This document shows, one piece after another, positions 19,602-29,618 of a stretch of 64,000 nt of DNA. The stretch is taken from contig JBEKDT010000009.1 of the NCBI GenBank assembly GCA_050014195.1, positions 64,001 through 128,000 of the forward strand. Reading direction: 5' to 3'. Under the pieces are notes generated by a model that worked only from the letters and a program-made list of their open reading frames with translations, had not been told where the DNA came from and did not search any database. The stretch comes from Desulfomonilia bacterium (GTDB taxonomy: Bacteria > Desulfobacterota > Desulfomonilia > UBA1062). The position numbers and the translations under genes were made by a program. Numbering within the stretch: the stretch's first letter is position 1; each line of letters starts with the position of its first letter.

Positions 19602-19716
19602 CCCTCTCCACCTTCTAGGGGGAGTGACTCGGGACATCCATGTCCCTCGCCCTTCGGGCGTACGTGAAGTACTTCCATTTCTGCTGTCCTGCAGAAATGT
19701 GGGCCGGGGCGAGGGG
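19602..19716. repeat. Second (inverted) REP-like element interrupted by a multi-hairpin insert (19624-19700)
   Basis: CCCTCTCC..GGGGGAG[insert]GGGCCGGGGCGAGGGG; insert hairpins GGGACAT-cc-ATGTCCC, GCCC-TTCG-GGC, CATTTCTGC..GCAGAAATG. Confidence 0.6.
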
Positions 19717-19770
19717 ACACTATTTCTATTCAACTTCGTTTATGAGAAATTATTCCGTACGGATCGGGTA

Positions 19771-20415
19771 TTAAGAACGGCTCACACGGAGGAACCATAC
19801 TTCGTATTCCCTGGGCAGGAAAAGGGCGCATGACGCCTCCTCTACGGCTCCAACCGTAATGACATAACGAGAGTTCCTGGAAAGTTTCTTTTTCATCCCT
19901 GTCTCAGCAGGGAATTTTTCTCTATTCGTGCCGTTGATCTCGATGATCGAGGGGGTATGTGAATGACCGCGAAAGAGGATCTTATAGGGCAGGATCGCTT
20001 TTATGTCTATGAGGGGGTGGTTATCCGTGATGGGCCAGCTTGTCGCGGCGGGCCAGTTAAAAGGTGCGGAATGGGCAAAGCATATCTCACCCAGGGTGAT
20101 GGTGTAAGGCATGTCTGAAAGGAATGAGAGGATCTCGGGAGAGATGCTGTTTGCATGTGGGCCTATGTGATTGGTCAGGATGGCATATTCATTATTGCCT
20201 TTGACTGACCTTACCTTATGCTCTTTCAGGATCGCCACGGCATCTTCCAGGGCAAGTGGGGCCAGCGAATCGCAGATATCGCCAAGATGGATGATGCTCT
20301 CAGCCCCAAGATCCTTGAGCATAAGGATCGTATCATTGAGGAGGTCGTTCCTGCCGTGGCTGTCCGCAACAAGCCCAATGGGTCCGTCTATGTCGGGTTC
20401 CATTCGGTCAGGCAT
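19771..20415 (-). CDS. Metallophosphoesterase (calcineurin-like)
   Basis: ADSHG, HLGDICD, KGNNE, FAHS, GHSH motifs; start uncertain. Confidence 0.88.
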   Translation of the reverse strand: MPDRMEPDIDGPIGLVADSHGRNDLLNDTILMLKDLGAESIIHLGDICDSLAPLALEDAVAILKEHKVRSVKGNNEYAILTNHIGPHANSISPEILSFLSDMPYTITLGEICFAHSAPFNWPAATSWPITDNHPLIDIKAILPYKILFRGHSHTPSIIEINGTNREKFPAETGMKKKLSRNSRYVITVGAVEEASCALFLPREYEVWFLRVSRS

Positions 20416-20469
20416 AGTGCAAAGCCTTTGTGTTTGCAAGGGAGAATGCTGGACCACCCTATGAGTGCC

Positions 20470-20519
20470 TTGACAGGGCGACCCCCGCTCATGTATTAAA
20501 GGTTAAAGTGAAACTTTAA
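20470..20519 (+). promoter_or_regulatory. Putative promoter and operator-like palindrome upstream of the FAD oxidoreductase
   Basis: TTGACA at 20470, TATTAA at 20494; perfect inverted repeat TTAAAGT-gaa-ACTTTAA at 20503-20519. Confidence 0.5.
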
Positions 20520-20545
20520 TATATACCTTCCTAAGGGGGACACAT

Positions 20546-22039
20546 ATGCCCGATTATGATGCGGTTGTCATCGGGGCAGGCAACGGCGGTTTGACAGCGG
20601 CACTCACCCTTGCCAGGGCTGGTCGTAAGGTTCTTCTCCTTGAAAGGCACAATGTTCCAGGCGGATGCGCCACGAGCTTTGTTAGGGGTCGGTTCGAGTT
20701 CGAGGTAGCCCTCCACCAGCTCAGCGGCATGGGCTCTGCTGAAAAGCCCGGGCCCTTGAGATCGATCCTTGGGGAGATGGGTGTCCTGGAAAAGCTCGAA
20801 TTCGTGGAGATGGAAAACCTCTATAGGGTTGTCTTTCCGGGCACCTTTGACATCACCCTGAAGACCAATCGTGAAGAAATCATCAAAGAGCTCGCCAAGA
20901 GGTTTCCCAAGGAGAGCGATGCCATCAAGAGGTTCTTTGATTTTCTCTACGAATTCAGCATGCAGCTCATACAAGGGCTCTTTTTCCACGACCCGAATAT
21001 CTCGAAAGAGAAATACCCTCTCTATTTCAAGTATGCACTCAAGAACACCCAGGACGTCCTGGATGAATACCTTGAGAACCCCATGTTGAAGGCCGTCTTA
21101 AGCGTTTATTGGGGGTATGTCGGGGTCCCTCCCAGCAAATTGCCCTTTGGTGAATTCGCCATCATGCTGTTCGCCTATATCGAGTTCAAGCCCTACCATT
21201 TGAAGGGCGGCTCCCAGGCTCTCTCCAATGCCCTGCTCGATGGGTTCCTGCAGGCAGGGGGAGAGGTGCGCTTTAACTGCGGGGCAAAAAAGATCCTGGT
21301 CAAGAACGGCATGGTCACGGGAGTCATGACAGAGGATGGGGACATGGTAAATGCGAATTATGTGGTCTCCAATGCGAGCACGATAAGCACCTTTGCCGAG
21401 CTCATAGACCGGGAAGAAGTCCCAAACAGCCAGATGGAGATGATGAAGAGCTACACCATCGGACCCTCTGCATTCACGGTCTATGCTGGCCTCGATTGCG
21501 AGCCTGGTGAGCTCGGTATTCACGAGACGACGAACTTCATCACCACTACCTTGGATATGGACAGGGCCTTCGCCACATGGAATACCATGGAACAACAAGG
21601 GTGGGCTCTGCTCACCTGCTATGACGTGTCTGATCCCGACTTCTCACCCCCGGGCACCTGCCAGGCAGCCATTGTTGCACTCCAGTATGCTGAACCCTGG
21701 TACCGGGTTCAGCCTCACCAGTACGCAGATGCCAAGTACCGCTATGCCGAAGGCCTCCTCAAGTTGGCAGAGAGGGTATTCCCGGGGTTTGGCAGCCACA
21801 TCGAGGAGGCCGAGGCCGCTACGCCCTTGACCCATATGCGCTACCTCGGCCACCCCGGGGGGGCTATCTACGGTTTCGATCAGTTCGCCAAGGATTCCAC
21901 CCTCTTTATAACGAGCAAATCCCCCATCAAAGGGCTCTATCTCGCAGGCGCTTGGGTGGGGAGCGGGGGGTTCCAGCCGACCTTGACATCAGGCAGGTCT
22001 GCGGCACGGTCTATTCTCAAAGACATGAGAAAGCACTAA
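20546..22039 (+). CDS. FAD-dependent oxidoreductase, phytoene desaturase/retinol saturase superfamily
   Basis: VIGAGNGG dinucleotide fold, ERHNVPGG, GGSQALS, ATPLT...GAIYG, GLYLAG. Confidence 0.88.
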   Translation: MPDYDAVVIGAGNGGLTAALTLARAGRKVLLLERHNVPGGCATSFVRGRFEFEVALHQLSGMGSAEKPGPLRSILGEMGVLEKLEFVEMENLYRVVFPGTFDITLKTNREEIIKELAKRFPKESDAIKRFFDFLYEFSMQLIQGLFFHDPNISKEKYPLYFKYALKNTQDVLDEYLENPMLKAVLSVYWGYVGVPPSKLPFGEFAIMLFAYIEFKPYHLKGGSQALSNALLDGFLQAGGEVRFNCGAKKILVKNGMVTGVMTEDGDMVNANYVVSNASTISTFAELIDREEVPNSQMEMMKSYTIGPSAFTVYAGLDCEPGELGIHETTNFITTTLDMDRAFATWNTMEQQGWALLTCYDVSDPDFSPPGTCQAAIVALQYAEPWYRVQPHQYADAKYRYAEGLLKLAERVFPGFGSHIEEAEAATPLTHMRYLGHPGGAIYGFDQFAKDSTLFITSKSPIKGLYLAGAWVGSGGFQPTLTSGRSAARSILKDMRKH

Positions 22040-22052
22040 AGGGGAGGCTGTC

Positions 22053-23213
22053 ATGGCATTGAAGGATGTATTGAAAGACATCGAGGGATACCAGGAGATC
22101 CAACACGAGATAGAGATCCTCAAGAAATATGGGACGGATTATACTTCTCAGAAAGGTATAGTGGAACAGGTTATCGAGGGTCTTCATCCCAAAAAGATAC
22201 GGATAAGAGTCTCGGAGGTATGGCAGGAAACGAAATCCACCAAGACGTTGCGTTTTGTTGCAAAAGACGGCTTTCTTCCTCCCTTCCAGGCCGGCCAGTA
22301 CATCAACATCTTCGTGGATGCAGGAGATATTCGTACAAGCAGAGCCTACAGCATCTCTTCCTCGCCGACCCAGCTCGGATATTATGATATCACCATACGC
22401 AGTGTTGAAGACGGTTTCGTCTCGAGCTATTTCCTTGATGAAACTAGGGTGGGCGATGAATTCGAGAGCACATCGCCATCAGGATATTTCTGCTACAATC
22501 CTCTCTTCCACGGGGAAGACCTCGTGTTCCTGGCCGGGGGTAGCGGCATCACCCCCTTCATGAGCATGATCAGGGAGGTGGCAGAGCGAGGACTTTCACG
22601 GCGTATCAACCTGATTTATGGAAGCCGGGACCCTGAAGATGTGATCTTTCATGATAAGCTCAAGGAGATAACAGGAAGACACAAGAACATCACTCTCAAC
22701 TTGGTTATCTCGAACCCACCGAAAGGATATGTCGGGCGCCCGGGTTTCATCACCGCTGGGCTCATAAAGGATGTGATTGGGGATATCTCATCAAAGACAT
22801 TCTATATCTGCGGGCCTGAGGTTATGTATGACTTTTGTCTGAAGGAGCTGGCCAAGCTCGGCATCAAGAAAAGGAGTATCCGCACCGAGGTCTACGGACC
22901 ACCCAAGGATGTGACTATGCAGCCCGGCTGGCCGGAAGGAATCAAGCCGGATACACTCTTCACGATCAGGCTGAAGGGGGGCAAGACAATTCAGGCAAAG
23001 GCATCAGAGCCGCTTATGATCTCATTGGAAAGAAATGGGGTTACGATACCTGCGCTCTGCAGATCTGGCGAATGCAGCCTGTGCCGAACCAAGATGCTTG
23101 TCGGAAAGGTATTTCAGCCTGAGGGTGTCAAGCTGAGAAAATCCGATAGGACCTTCGGTTATATCCACCCGTGCATGGCGTATCCTCTGTCTGACCTGGA
23201 TATCCTTCTATGA
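22053..23213 (+). CDS. FNR-type flavin reductase with C-terminal [2Fe-2S] ferredoxin
   Basis: RAYSISS, GFVS, AGGSGITP, YICGP; CRSGECSLC...HPC. Confidence 0.9.
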   Translation: MALKDVLKDIEGYQEIQHEIEILKKYGTDYTSQKGIVEQVIEGLHPKKIRIRVSEVWQETKSTKTLRFVAKDGFLPPFQAGQYINIFVDAGDIRTSRAYSISSSPTQLGYYDITIRSVEDGFVSSYFLDETRVGDEFESTSPSGYFCYNPLFHGEDLVFLAGGSGITPFMSMIREVAERGLSRRINLIYGSRDPEDVIFHDKLKEITGRHKNITLNLVISNPPKGYVGRPGFITAGLIKDVIGDISSKTFYICGPEVMYDFCLKELAKLGIKKRSIRTEVYGPPKDVTMQPGWPEGIKPDTLFTIRLKGGKTIQAKASEPLMISLERNGVTIPALCRSGECSLCRTKMLVGKVFQPEGVKLRKSDRTFGYIHPCMAYPLSDLDILL

Positions 23214-23465
23214 TCTCTCTGTAATAATCAAAACACAGATGTTTCAGTATTGAGCGGCCTGAGTGATCCGGCCACTCTTCTGTATTCTGTCAGGCTCATA
23301 GCCTTCCATCATGTCTTCTCTGAACCAAGGTGGTCTTGATTTGTATGGGACTATGAGATAATGATGAAAGATCTGCGATGTGGTGGCCATTCTTCGATAA
23401 AATCATAACGGCTTATTCACCACTAATGGCGGAGCTTTGCTAAATTAACCGGAGGTTATTTTCTT

Positions 23466-24620
23466 ATGCAGTTCATCGACCTAAATGAGCAGCAGAAACG
23501 GATCCATGGGAAGATCATGGAGAACATATCAAGTGTGCTGAAACATGGCCAGTATATCATGGGGCCAGAGATAAAGGAGCTTGAAAAGAAGCTCGGAGGT
23601 TTTACGGGGACGAAGCATGCCGTTGCATGCGCATCCGGTACCGATGCCCTTCTCATGGCACTGATGGCTTATGGTGTCGGCCCTGGTGATGCCATATTCA
23701 CTACGCCGTTCACCTTTGTAGCCACTGCAGAGGTCATCTCATTGCTTGGTGCAACGCCCGTATTTGTGGACATAGAACCGGATACCTACAACATCGATCC
23801 TGATAAGCTTGATGATGCAATATCAGCCCTTGAATCACGTGATCCGAAGCGGCATCCCTTACCAAAAGGATTCGAGAAGCTCACACCCAAAGGGATTATA
23901 GCAGTTGACCTTTTCGGCCAGAGCGCAGATTACAAGCGCATCAATGCCATCGCGCACAACAAGGGGATGTTTGTCATTGAAGATGCGGCCCAGTCATTCG
24001 GGGCTGAATATCATGGGTCCAAGGCATGCTCTTTGGCCGATGTCGCTGCCACCTCATTCTTCCCTGCCAAACCTCTTGGTTGTTATGGAGACGGAGGGAT
24101 GATCTTTACCAATAACGATGATCTTGCTGCAAGGCTTGATTCCATTCGGGTCCACGGCAAGGGATCGGATAAGTATGACAATATCAGGATCGGGATCAAT
24201 GGGAGGTGTGACACCCTCCAGGCAGCGATCCTGCTTGCAAAGTTAGAAATCTTCCCCGAAGAGATCGAATTGCGGCAGGATGTAGCACTCAGGTATAACA
24301 GCATGTTCAGTGCTTCAGATAAGCTCACATACCCAAAGGTCAGGCCGGGGTATAAAAGCGTGTGGGCCCAGTATTCCGTTGTCTCCGAACAGAGAGAGAT
24401 AATCCTTGATGCCCTGAAGAAAGAGAAGATACCAAGCGCCATCTATTACCCGAAGCCCCTTCATGTGCAGACTGCCTATTCCTATCTCGGGTATGGACCT
24501 GGCTCATTCTCCGCCTCAGAGAAGGCGGCGGAGACAATATTCTCTCTGCCCATGCATCCGTACCTGAGCGAGCAGGACCAGCAACACATCGCTGAAGTCA
24601 TTATCAAGGCTGTAGAGTAG
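23466..24620 (+). CDS. wbpE: DegT/DnrJ/EryC1/StrS aminotransferase (UDP-3-oxo-GlcNAcA aminotransferase-like)
   Basis: SGTDAL, EDAAQSFGA, SFFPAKPLGCYGDGG; adjacent to wbpB/wbpD. Confidence 0.88.
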   Translation: MQFIDLNEQQKRIHGKIMENISSVLKHGQYIMGPEIKELEKKLGGFTGTKHAVACASGTDALLMALMAYGVGPGDAIFTTPFTFVATAEVISLLGATPVFVDIEPDTYNIDPDKLDDAISALESRDPKRHPLPKGFEKLTPKGIIAVDLFGQSADYKRINAIAHNKGMFVIEDAAQSFGAEYHGSKACSLADVAATSFFPAKPLGCYGDGGMIFTNNDDLAARLDSIRVHGKGSDKYDNIRIGINGRCDTLQAAILLAKLEIFPEEIELRQDVALRYNSMFSASDKLTYPKVRPGYKSVWAQYSVVSEQREIILDALKKEKIPSAIYYPKPLHVQTAYSYLGYGPGSFSASEKAAETIFSLPMHPYLSEQDQQHIAEVIIKAVE

Positions 24621-24945
24621 AAGTTTTAGGTTTTAAGGTTAAAGTTTATATATTTAAGATGCAATTGCAAAACTCACCAAGGTGTCGCCCCCGCGAAAGC
24701 GGGGGTCCAGAAGTTCTTGAAAAAACTGGATTCCCGCTTCCGCGGGAATGACAATCTCAGATTATTGCAATTGGTACATAATTTTAAATTTTTTTAACCA
24801 TGGCGTATCATTCTTTTGAAGATTTGGAGAGATGAACTGAAAAAAGAGATCATAGAAATATCTTCCATGTTGCAATCGCTCATAAGATCCTTAAAGAGCA
24901 CCACCATCGGGAGATCTAAGACTTCAAACTTAAAACCTAAAACTT
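24621..24945. repeat. Segment bounded by a perfect 17-bp inverted repeat built from heptamer units
   Basis: AAGTTTTAGGTTTTAAG (24621-24637) and CTTAAAACCTAAAACTT (24929-24945). Confidence 0.8.
24662..24773. repeat. REP/MITE-like palindromic element
   Basis: CAATTGCAA...TTGCAATTG ends enclosing GTCGCCCCCGCGAAAGCGGGGGTCCAG and CTGGATTCCCGCTTCCGCGGGAATGAC hairpins. Confidence 0.75.
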
Positions 24946-24947
24946 AA
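24800..24947 (+). pseudogene. Internally deleted four-helix-bundle protein (IVS-protein-like) gene relic
   Basis: N-terminus MAYHSFEDLE joined out of frame to C-terminal helix DELKKEIIEISSMLQSLIRSLK; both resemble the ends of this family. Confidence 0.65.
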
Positions 24948-24956
24948 AACTATATA

Positions 24957-26549
24957 ATGAACAAGGAGATTCCATTGAAGAGCACTGATGTAAAAACAGC
25001 AGTCGTCGGTTCCGGATACTGGGGCAAGAACCTGGTAAGAAACTATGCAGAGTTAGGTATGCTCTATGGAGTCTGCGACAGCAACGAGCAGTCGCTCAAT
25101 GGGTTTAAGCAGAAGTATCCGCAGATGAAATATACCACAAACTACTTGGACCTGCTCAACGATGATGCATTGAGGGGTATTGTTATAGCCACCCCGGCAG
25201 AGACACACTTCACCCTCGCGCGGGAGGCTCTGCTATCCGGCAAGGATGTCTTTGTAGAGAAGCCCTTGTCCCTCAATGTCGATGAGGCAGAAGAGCTAAA
25301 AAAGATTGCAGAGAAAAAATCTCTCATCCTTATGGTCGGCCATCTGCTCCAATACCACAGCGCATTCATCAAGTTGAAGGAGCTCATAAGGGACGGCCAA
25401 CTGGGAAGGATCTACTATATCTATTCCAACCGGCTCAGCTTCGGCAAAATCCGCAGGGAGGAGGATATCCTATGGAGCTTTGCCCCGCACGATATCTCTA
25501 TGATACTTACCCTTGCCCAGGAAGAACCGGAGAGCGTAATGGCCACCGGTGGCAATTACCTGCACAAGAAGATTGCTGATGTAACCACCACCCATCTGGA
25601 GTTTCCCAGCGGGCTTAAGGCCCATGTGTTCGTTTCATGGCTCCATCCCTTCAAGGAGCAGATGCTCGTGGTGGTTGGTGAGAAGAACATGGCCGTTTTC
25701 AGGGACACTGTCCCATGGGGTGAGAAGCTCCTTTTATATCCTCATAACATCCAATGGCACGATGGAATCCCTGTTCCTGACAAGAAAGACGAGATCAAAA
25801 TTGCTGTTGAAGAGAGCGAGCCACTCAAGGCCGAATGCCTCCATTTCATTGAATGCATCAGGGACAGGAAGACACCGGTGACCGACGCCAGAGAGGGCAT
25901 TGAGGTCCTTAAGATCCTCAAGGCCGGCCAGGATTCATTAAACAGCAATGGTAAAAAGATCTTTCTCAAAGATGCCTTCAAGCAGCGCCATGATTACAGC
26001 GTGCACGAATCAAGCTACGTAGATGAAGATGTCATCATCGGAACAGGTACAAAGATATGGCACTTCAGCCATATCCTGAAGGGTTCGCATATCGGTAAGG
26101 TATGCAGCATCGGCCAAAATGTAGTCATCGGCCCGGATGTAAGCATCGGGAACGGCTGCAAGATCCAGAACAATGTCTCCATCTACAAAGGTGTTACCCT
26201 CGAAGATAATGTTTTCTGCGGCCCTTCCATGGTCTTTACCAATGTGTTCAACCCCAGGGCCCATATCCCCAGGATGGATGAGCTGAGGCCCACCCTTGTG
26301 AAAAAGGGGGCCACCGTAGGCGCAAACGCCACTATTGTCTGTGGCTATACCATCGGTGAGTATGCATTCATCGGTGCAGGTGCCACAGTAACCCGGGGAG
26401 CCCCTGACCATGCGCTCATGGTGGGCAACCCGGCAAAACAGATCGGCTGGATGTGTGAGTGCGGCAACCGGCTTGATGACAACCTGAGATGCTCCCACTG
26501 TGGAAAGTCATATGAAGAAAAGGATCAGGGGTTGAGATTGCGATCTTGA
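24957..26549 (+). CDS. Fused Gfo/Idh/MocA oxidoreductase (WbpB-like) and hexapeptide N-acetyltransferase (WbpD-like)
   Basis: GSGYWG, VFVEKP, APHDIS; C-terminal [42 protein letters not shown]. Confidence 0.92.
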   Translation: MNKEIPLKSTDVKTAVVGSGYWGKNLVRNYAELGMLYGVCDSNEQSLNGFKQKYPQMKYTTNYLDLLNDDALRGIVIATPAETHFTLAREALLSGKDVFVEKPLSLNVDEAEELKKIAEKKSLILMVGHLLQYHSAFIKLKELIRDGQLGRIYYIYSNRLSFGKIRREEDILWSFAPHDISMILTLAQEEPESVMATGGNYLHKKIADVTTTHLEFPSGLKAHVFVSWLHPFKEQMLVVVGEKNMAVFRDTVPWGEKLLLYPHNIQWHDGIPVPDKKDEIKIAVEESEPLKAECLHFIECIRDRKTPVTDAREGIEVLKILKAGQDSLNSNGKKIFLKDAFKQRHDYSVHESSYVDEDVIIGTGTKIWHFSHILKGSHIGKVCSIGQNVVIGPDVSIGNGCKIQNNVSIYKGVTLEDNVFCGPSMVFTNVFNPRAHIPRMDELRPTLVKKGATVGANATIVCGYTIGEYAFIGAGATVTRGAPDHALMVGNPAKQIGWMCECGNRLDDNLRCSHCGKSYEEKDQGLRLRS

Positions 26550-26622
26550 GAGATATTGCCGGGCCCCGGCTTCTGCTTTATGGTTCAATAAGATCTAATT
26601 TTGCAATAAAAAGGAATATTCC

Positions 26623-27783
26623 ATGCAGGATAAACAAAACGATGTAATCTATGGGGATGAGATTGATCTCAGAGAGATGTTAACAACTATCTGGAAAAGG
26701 AAATGGCTTATTGCTGGAATAATTTTTATATGTGTACTTTTTGCCGCTCTGTATTCTCTCTATCAACCAAAAATATATAAAATATTTATGGTGATCGAGC
26801 CAGGAATAATCGATGTCACAGCAGATGGGAAATATAATTACCTGGACACCCCTGAAAATATCAAGGGCAAGATAGAAAGCAATGCCTATCTTCCGCGCAT
26901 TCTCAAGGCCTTGCACCTGGCTCCTGAAGATATGGATTTTGATTTTACGGTAGGAATTCCAAAGAGTGCTAATGTCCTTGTTGTATCATCAGAATTCCAG
27001 AAAAATAAAACCGACTTTGGACTTCAAATATTGCGACAGCTCCTTGTAGAGATGCAATATGATTATGCCAGAGAAGTTGGGAGGAAAAAGGACGAATACC
27101 GAAAACAGATATCGATGAAAAAGAATCAGATCAATGAGATCGAGGTGCAGCGGAAAGACCTGGAGCAGCAAATCGGTATTAAACAAGGCTTGATCAAAGA
27201 GAGGAAGGAACAGATAAAATTGTTGGACTCGAGGCTTTCTATCGGTGAACAAAGAGAGTCAGACCTCATGAATGATTTGAAAGAGGTAAAGGGCAATACC
27301 CAGAGGATTACAAACCAGAGAGATCAGGTTTTAAAGCAGGGACCTGCCAGTAATGAAAGTGGGATTGCCGACCTATTGTATTCGACAACCATTCAGCAGA
27401 ATGTGTCGTTTTTCAATGAGCTGAAAAATCAGATCAATCAAACCAGAATAAACAAAGAGAACAATAAATCGAACATAAAGGAGTTGGAGAAGGAAATCAA
27501 TGAAACTGAGCTTGAGGTCGATCGTCTGAAGTTACAGCAGACTGAGGAATTGAAATCCAAGATCGACGCTTTTGAAATTGAGATTGAGGATTTACAAAAC
27601 AAGATCAGCCAGATTCAAAATATCAAGACTATTAGTGAACCTACAGTATCCCATCATCCTGTAAAACCAAGACCTGTCCGTAATGTGGGTGTGGCCCTCA
27701 TAGTGGGTTTAATGCTGGGGATATTTGTTGCATTCCTGTCAGAATATCTATCAGCTGAAAAACAAATGGGTCACAACACCTGA
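26623..27783 (+). CDS. wzz: Wzz-family chain-length determinant
   Basis: DEIDLRE N-terminus, two TM helices, long coiled coil, Pro-rich PVKP before TM2. Confidence 0.88.
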   Translation: MQDKQNDVIYGDEIDLREMLTTIWKRKWLIAGIIFICVLFAALYSLYQPKIYKIFMVIEPGIIDVTADGKYNYLDTPENIKGKIESNAYLPRILKALHLAPEDMDFDFTVGIPKSANVLVVSSEFQKNKTDFGLQILRQLLVEMQYDYAREVGRKKDEYRKQISMKKNQINEIEVQRKDLEQQIGIKQGLIKERKEQIKLLDSRLSIGEQRESDLMNDLKEVKGNTQRITNQRDQVLKQGPASNESGIADLLYSTTIQQNVSFFNELKNQINQTRINKENNKSNIKELEKEINETELEVDRLKLQQTEELKSKIDAFEIEIEDLQNKISQIQNIKTISEPTVSHHPVKPRPVRNVGVALIVGLMLGIFVAFLSEYLSAEKQMGHNT

Positions 27784-27905
27784 TATAGGGTAAAATAAAA
27801 AGAAATAATGAGCCATCCATCTATTGCTCATCACCCTGTAATCGGGTATCCAGGAATGTTGAAAAATGTAAGTATTCATGATTGATTCGTGAGGAGGCGT
27901 TTGAC

Positions 27906-29537
27906 GTGGAATATTCTATAAGTCCTGAAGGGAAGAAATATCAACTACCCGTTGCACAAGATTACAACATCGAGTTTGAGCGCCTCAAGAGACTTGTTGA
28001 TGAGCAACGCTCGATGGGCAGGGAGATTGTGGTTGTCATGGGCCTCGGCTTTGTCGGTGCTGTCATGGCAGCGGTTGTAGCAGACAGCACGGATAAGAAA
28101 ACAGGCAAGCCCAAAAAATTTGTCATCGGCATGCAGCGGCCAAGCCCCAGGAGCTTCTGGAAGATCCCCCTCCTGAACAGTGGTGTGTCTCCGGTTAAGG
28201 CCGAAGACCCGGAGGTGGATGCCCTTATCAGCCGTTGTGTCCTGGAAAGAAAGAATCTCATCGCCACCTATACATACGACGCATTGAGCCTGGCTGATAC
28301 TGTGGTTGTGGATGTTCAGTGCGACTTCATGAAACAGGAACTGGGTAATTGCACTTCCGGCAGGGCCGAGATAGCAGCCCTTGAAGAGTCAATAAAGATC
28401 ATTGCAGAGAAGATCCAGCCAAGATGTCTTGTTCTTATTGAGACGACAGTACCCCCTGGAACCACAGAATACATAGCATATCCAGCGATGAAGAAAGCGT
28501 TCACAGAGCGTGGCATAGACCAAGAGCCGCTCATAGCCCATAGCTATGAGCGGGTAATGCCGGGGAAAGACTATGTGAAGTCTATCCGCGATTTCTGGCG
28601 AGTATGTAGTGGTATCAATGATGAGAGCAGGAAGATGGTTGTAGGCTTCTTATCCGATGTGCTCAATGTGGACAAGTTCCCTTTGACCGTACTCGACAGG
28701 CCCATTGAGAGTGAGACTGCCAAGATCGTTGAGAACAGCTACAGGGCAACTATTCTCGCCTTCCTGGATGAATGGAGCAACTTCTGTGAGAAAAATGGGG
28801 TGGATCTCATTAAGGTCATCAATGCCATCAAGGTACGACCAACTCATAGCAACATGATCTTTCCAGGGCCGGGGATTGGCGGCTATTGCTTGCCTAAGGA
28901 CGGCGGTTTAGGGGTCTGGGCTTATAGGCACCTTATGGGTTTTGAAGATGAGAATTTCAAGATTACCCCTGAGGCCATAAACATAAATGACACAAGGGCC
29001 CTTCGTGCAGTCCATCTCGTGCGTGATGCACTGAGAAATATGGGCAAGATAGTAGCTGCCTCGACCATCACCGTGCTTGGTGCATCCTATCGGGAAGATG
29101 TCGGTGATACCCGTTACAGCGGGTCTGAGCTTATCGTGAGGAAGATTACAGAGATGGGCGGCAATATCAGGGTGCATGATCCCTATGTGGAGCACTGGTG
29201 GGAGTTTGAAGCCCAAGACACCTACCCTGCAGTTGGTGCAAGCTGGTCCCGCTTCTTCAGGAATCAGGAGGGCTTGAAAGACCTTAGGGTTAATAAGGGC
29301 TTGAAAACAACCCTCAAAGGCGCTGATGCAATCGTCTTGGCTGTCAGACATAAGGACTACCTGAACCTCGATCCTGATACTATAGTAAAAATGATCGGCT
29401 TCCCAGCAGCAATCATCGACTGTTTCGGAATCCTCGATGATAAAAATATCAGAAGATTCTTCGAGCTTGGCTGTGAGGTAAAAGGGCTGGGCAGAGGACA
29501 TATCAAAAGGATTAAAGATGAGGTGCGACAAGGGTAA
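27906..29537 (+). CDS. Nucleotide-sugar dehydrogenase (UDP-glucose/GDP-mannose DH family; WbpA/WecC-like)
   Basis: GLGFVG, ETTVPPGTT, ERVMPG, KIVENSYR, GGYCLPKD; GTG start after GAGGAGG. Confidence 0.9.
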   Translation: MEYSISPEGKKYQLPVAQDYNIEFERLKRLVDEQRSMGREIVVVMGLGFVGAVMAAVVADSTDKKTGKPKKFVIGMQRPSPRSFWKIPLLNSGVSPVKAEDPEVDALISRCVLERKNLIATYTYDALSLADTVVVDVQCDFMKQELGNCTSGRAEIAALEESIKIIAEKIQPRCLVLIETTVPPGTTEYIAYPAMKKAFTERGIDQEPLIAHSYERVMPGKDYVKSIRDFWRVCSGINDESRKMVVGFLSDVLNVDKFPLTVLDRPIESETAKIVENSYRATILAFLDEWSNFCEKNGVDLIKVINAIKVRPTHSNMIFPGPGIGGYCLPKDGGLGVWAYRHLMGFEDENFKITPEAININDTRALRAVHLVRDALRNMGKIVAASTITVLGASYREDVGDTRYSGSELIVRKITEMGGNIRVHDPYVEHWWEFEAQDTYPAVGASWSRFFRNQEGLKDLRVNKGLKTTLKGADAIVLAVRHKDYLNLDPDTIVKMIGFPAAIIDCFGILDDKNIRRFFELGCEVKGLGRGHIKRIKDEVRQG

Positions 29538-29618
29538 ATTAAACCAACCCCATTTTTCTTATTCTTAATATACCAAATATTCACTACCCTTTTCTGTAGT
29601 TTTTTGCATATCAATTAA

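Noticed and set aside
19290-19716. CRISPR array or riboswitch interpretation of the hairpin cluster
   Set aside because: No regularly spaced direct repeats or cas genes; it lies between convergent 3' ends rather than in a leader
23427-23440. GGCGGAGCTTTG as an RfaH ops element
   Set aside because: It lacks the conserved T of GGCGGTAG, and no JUMPStart context is recognisable
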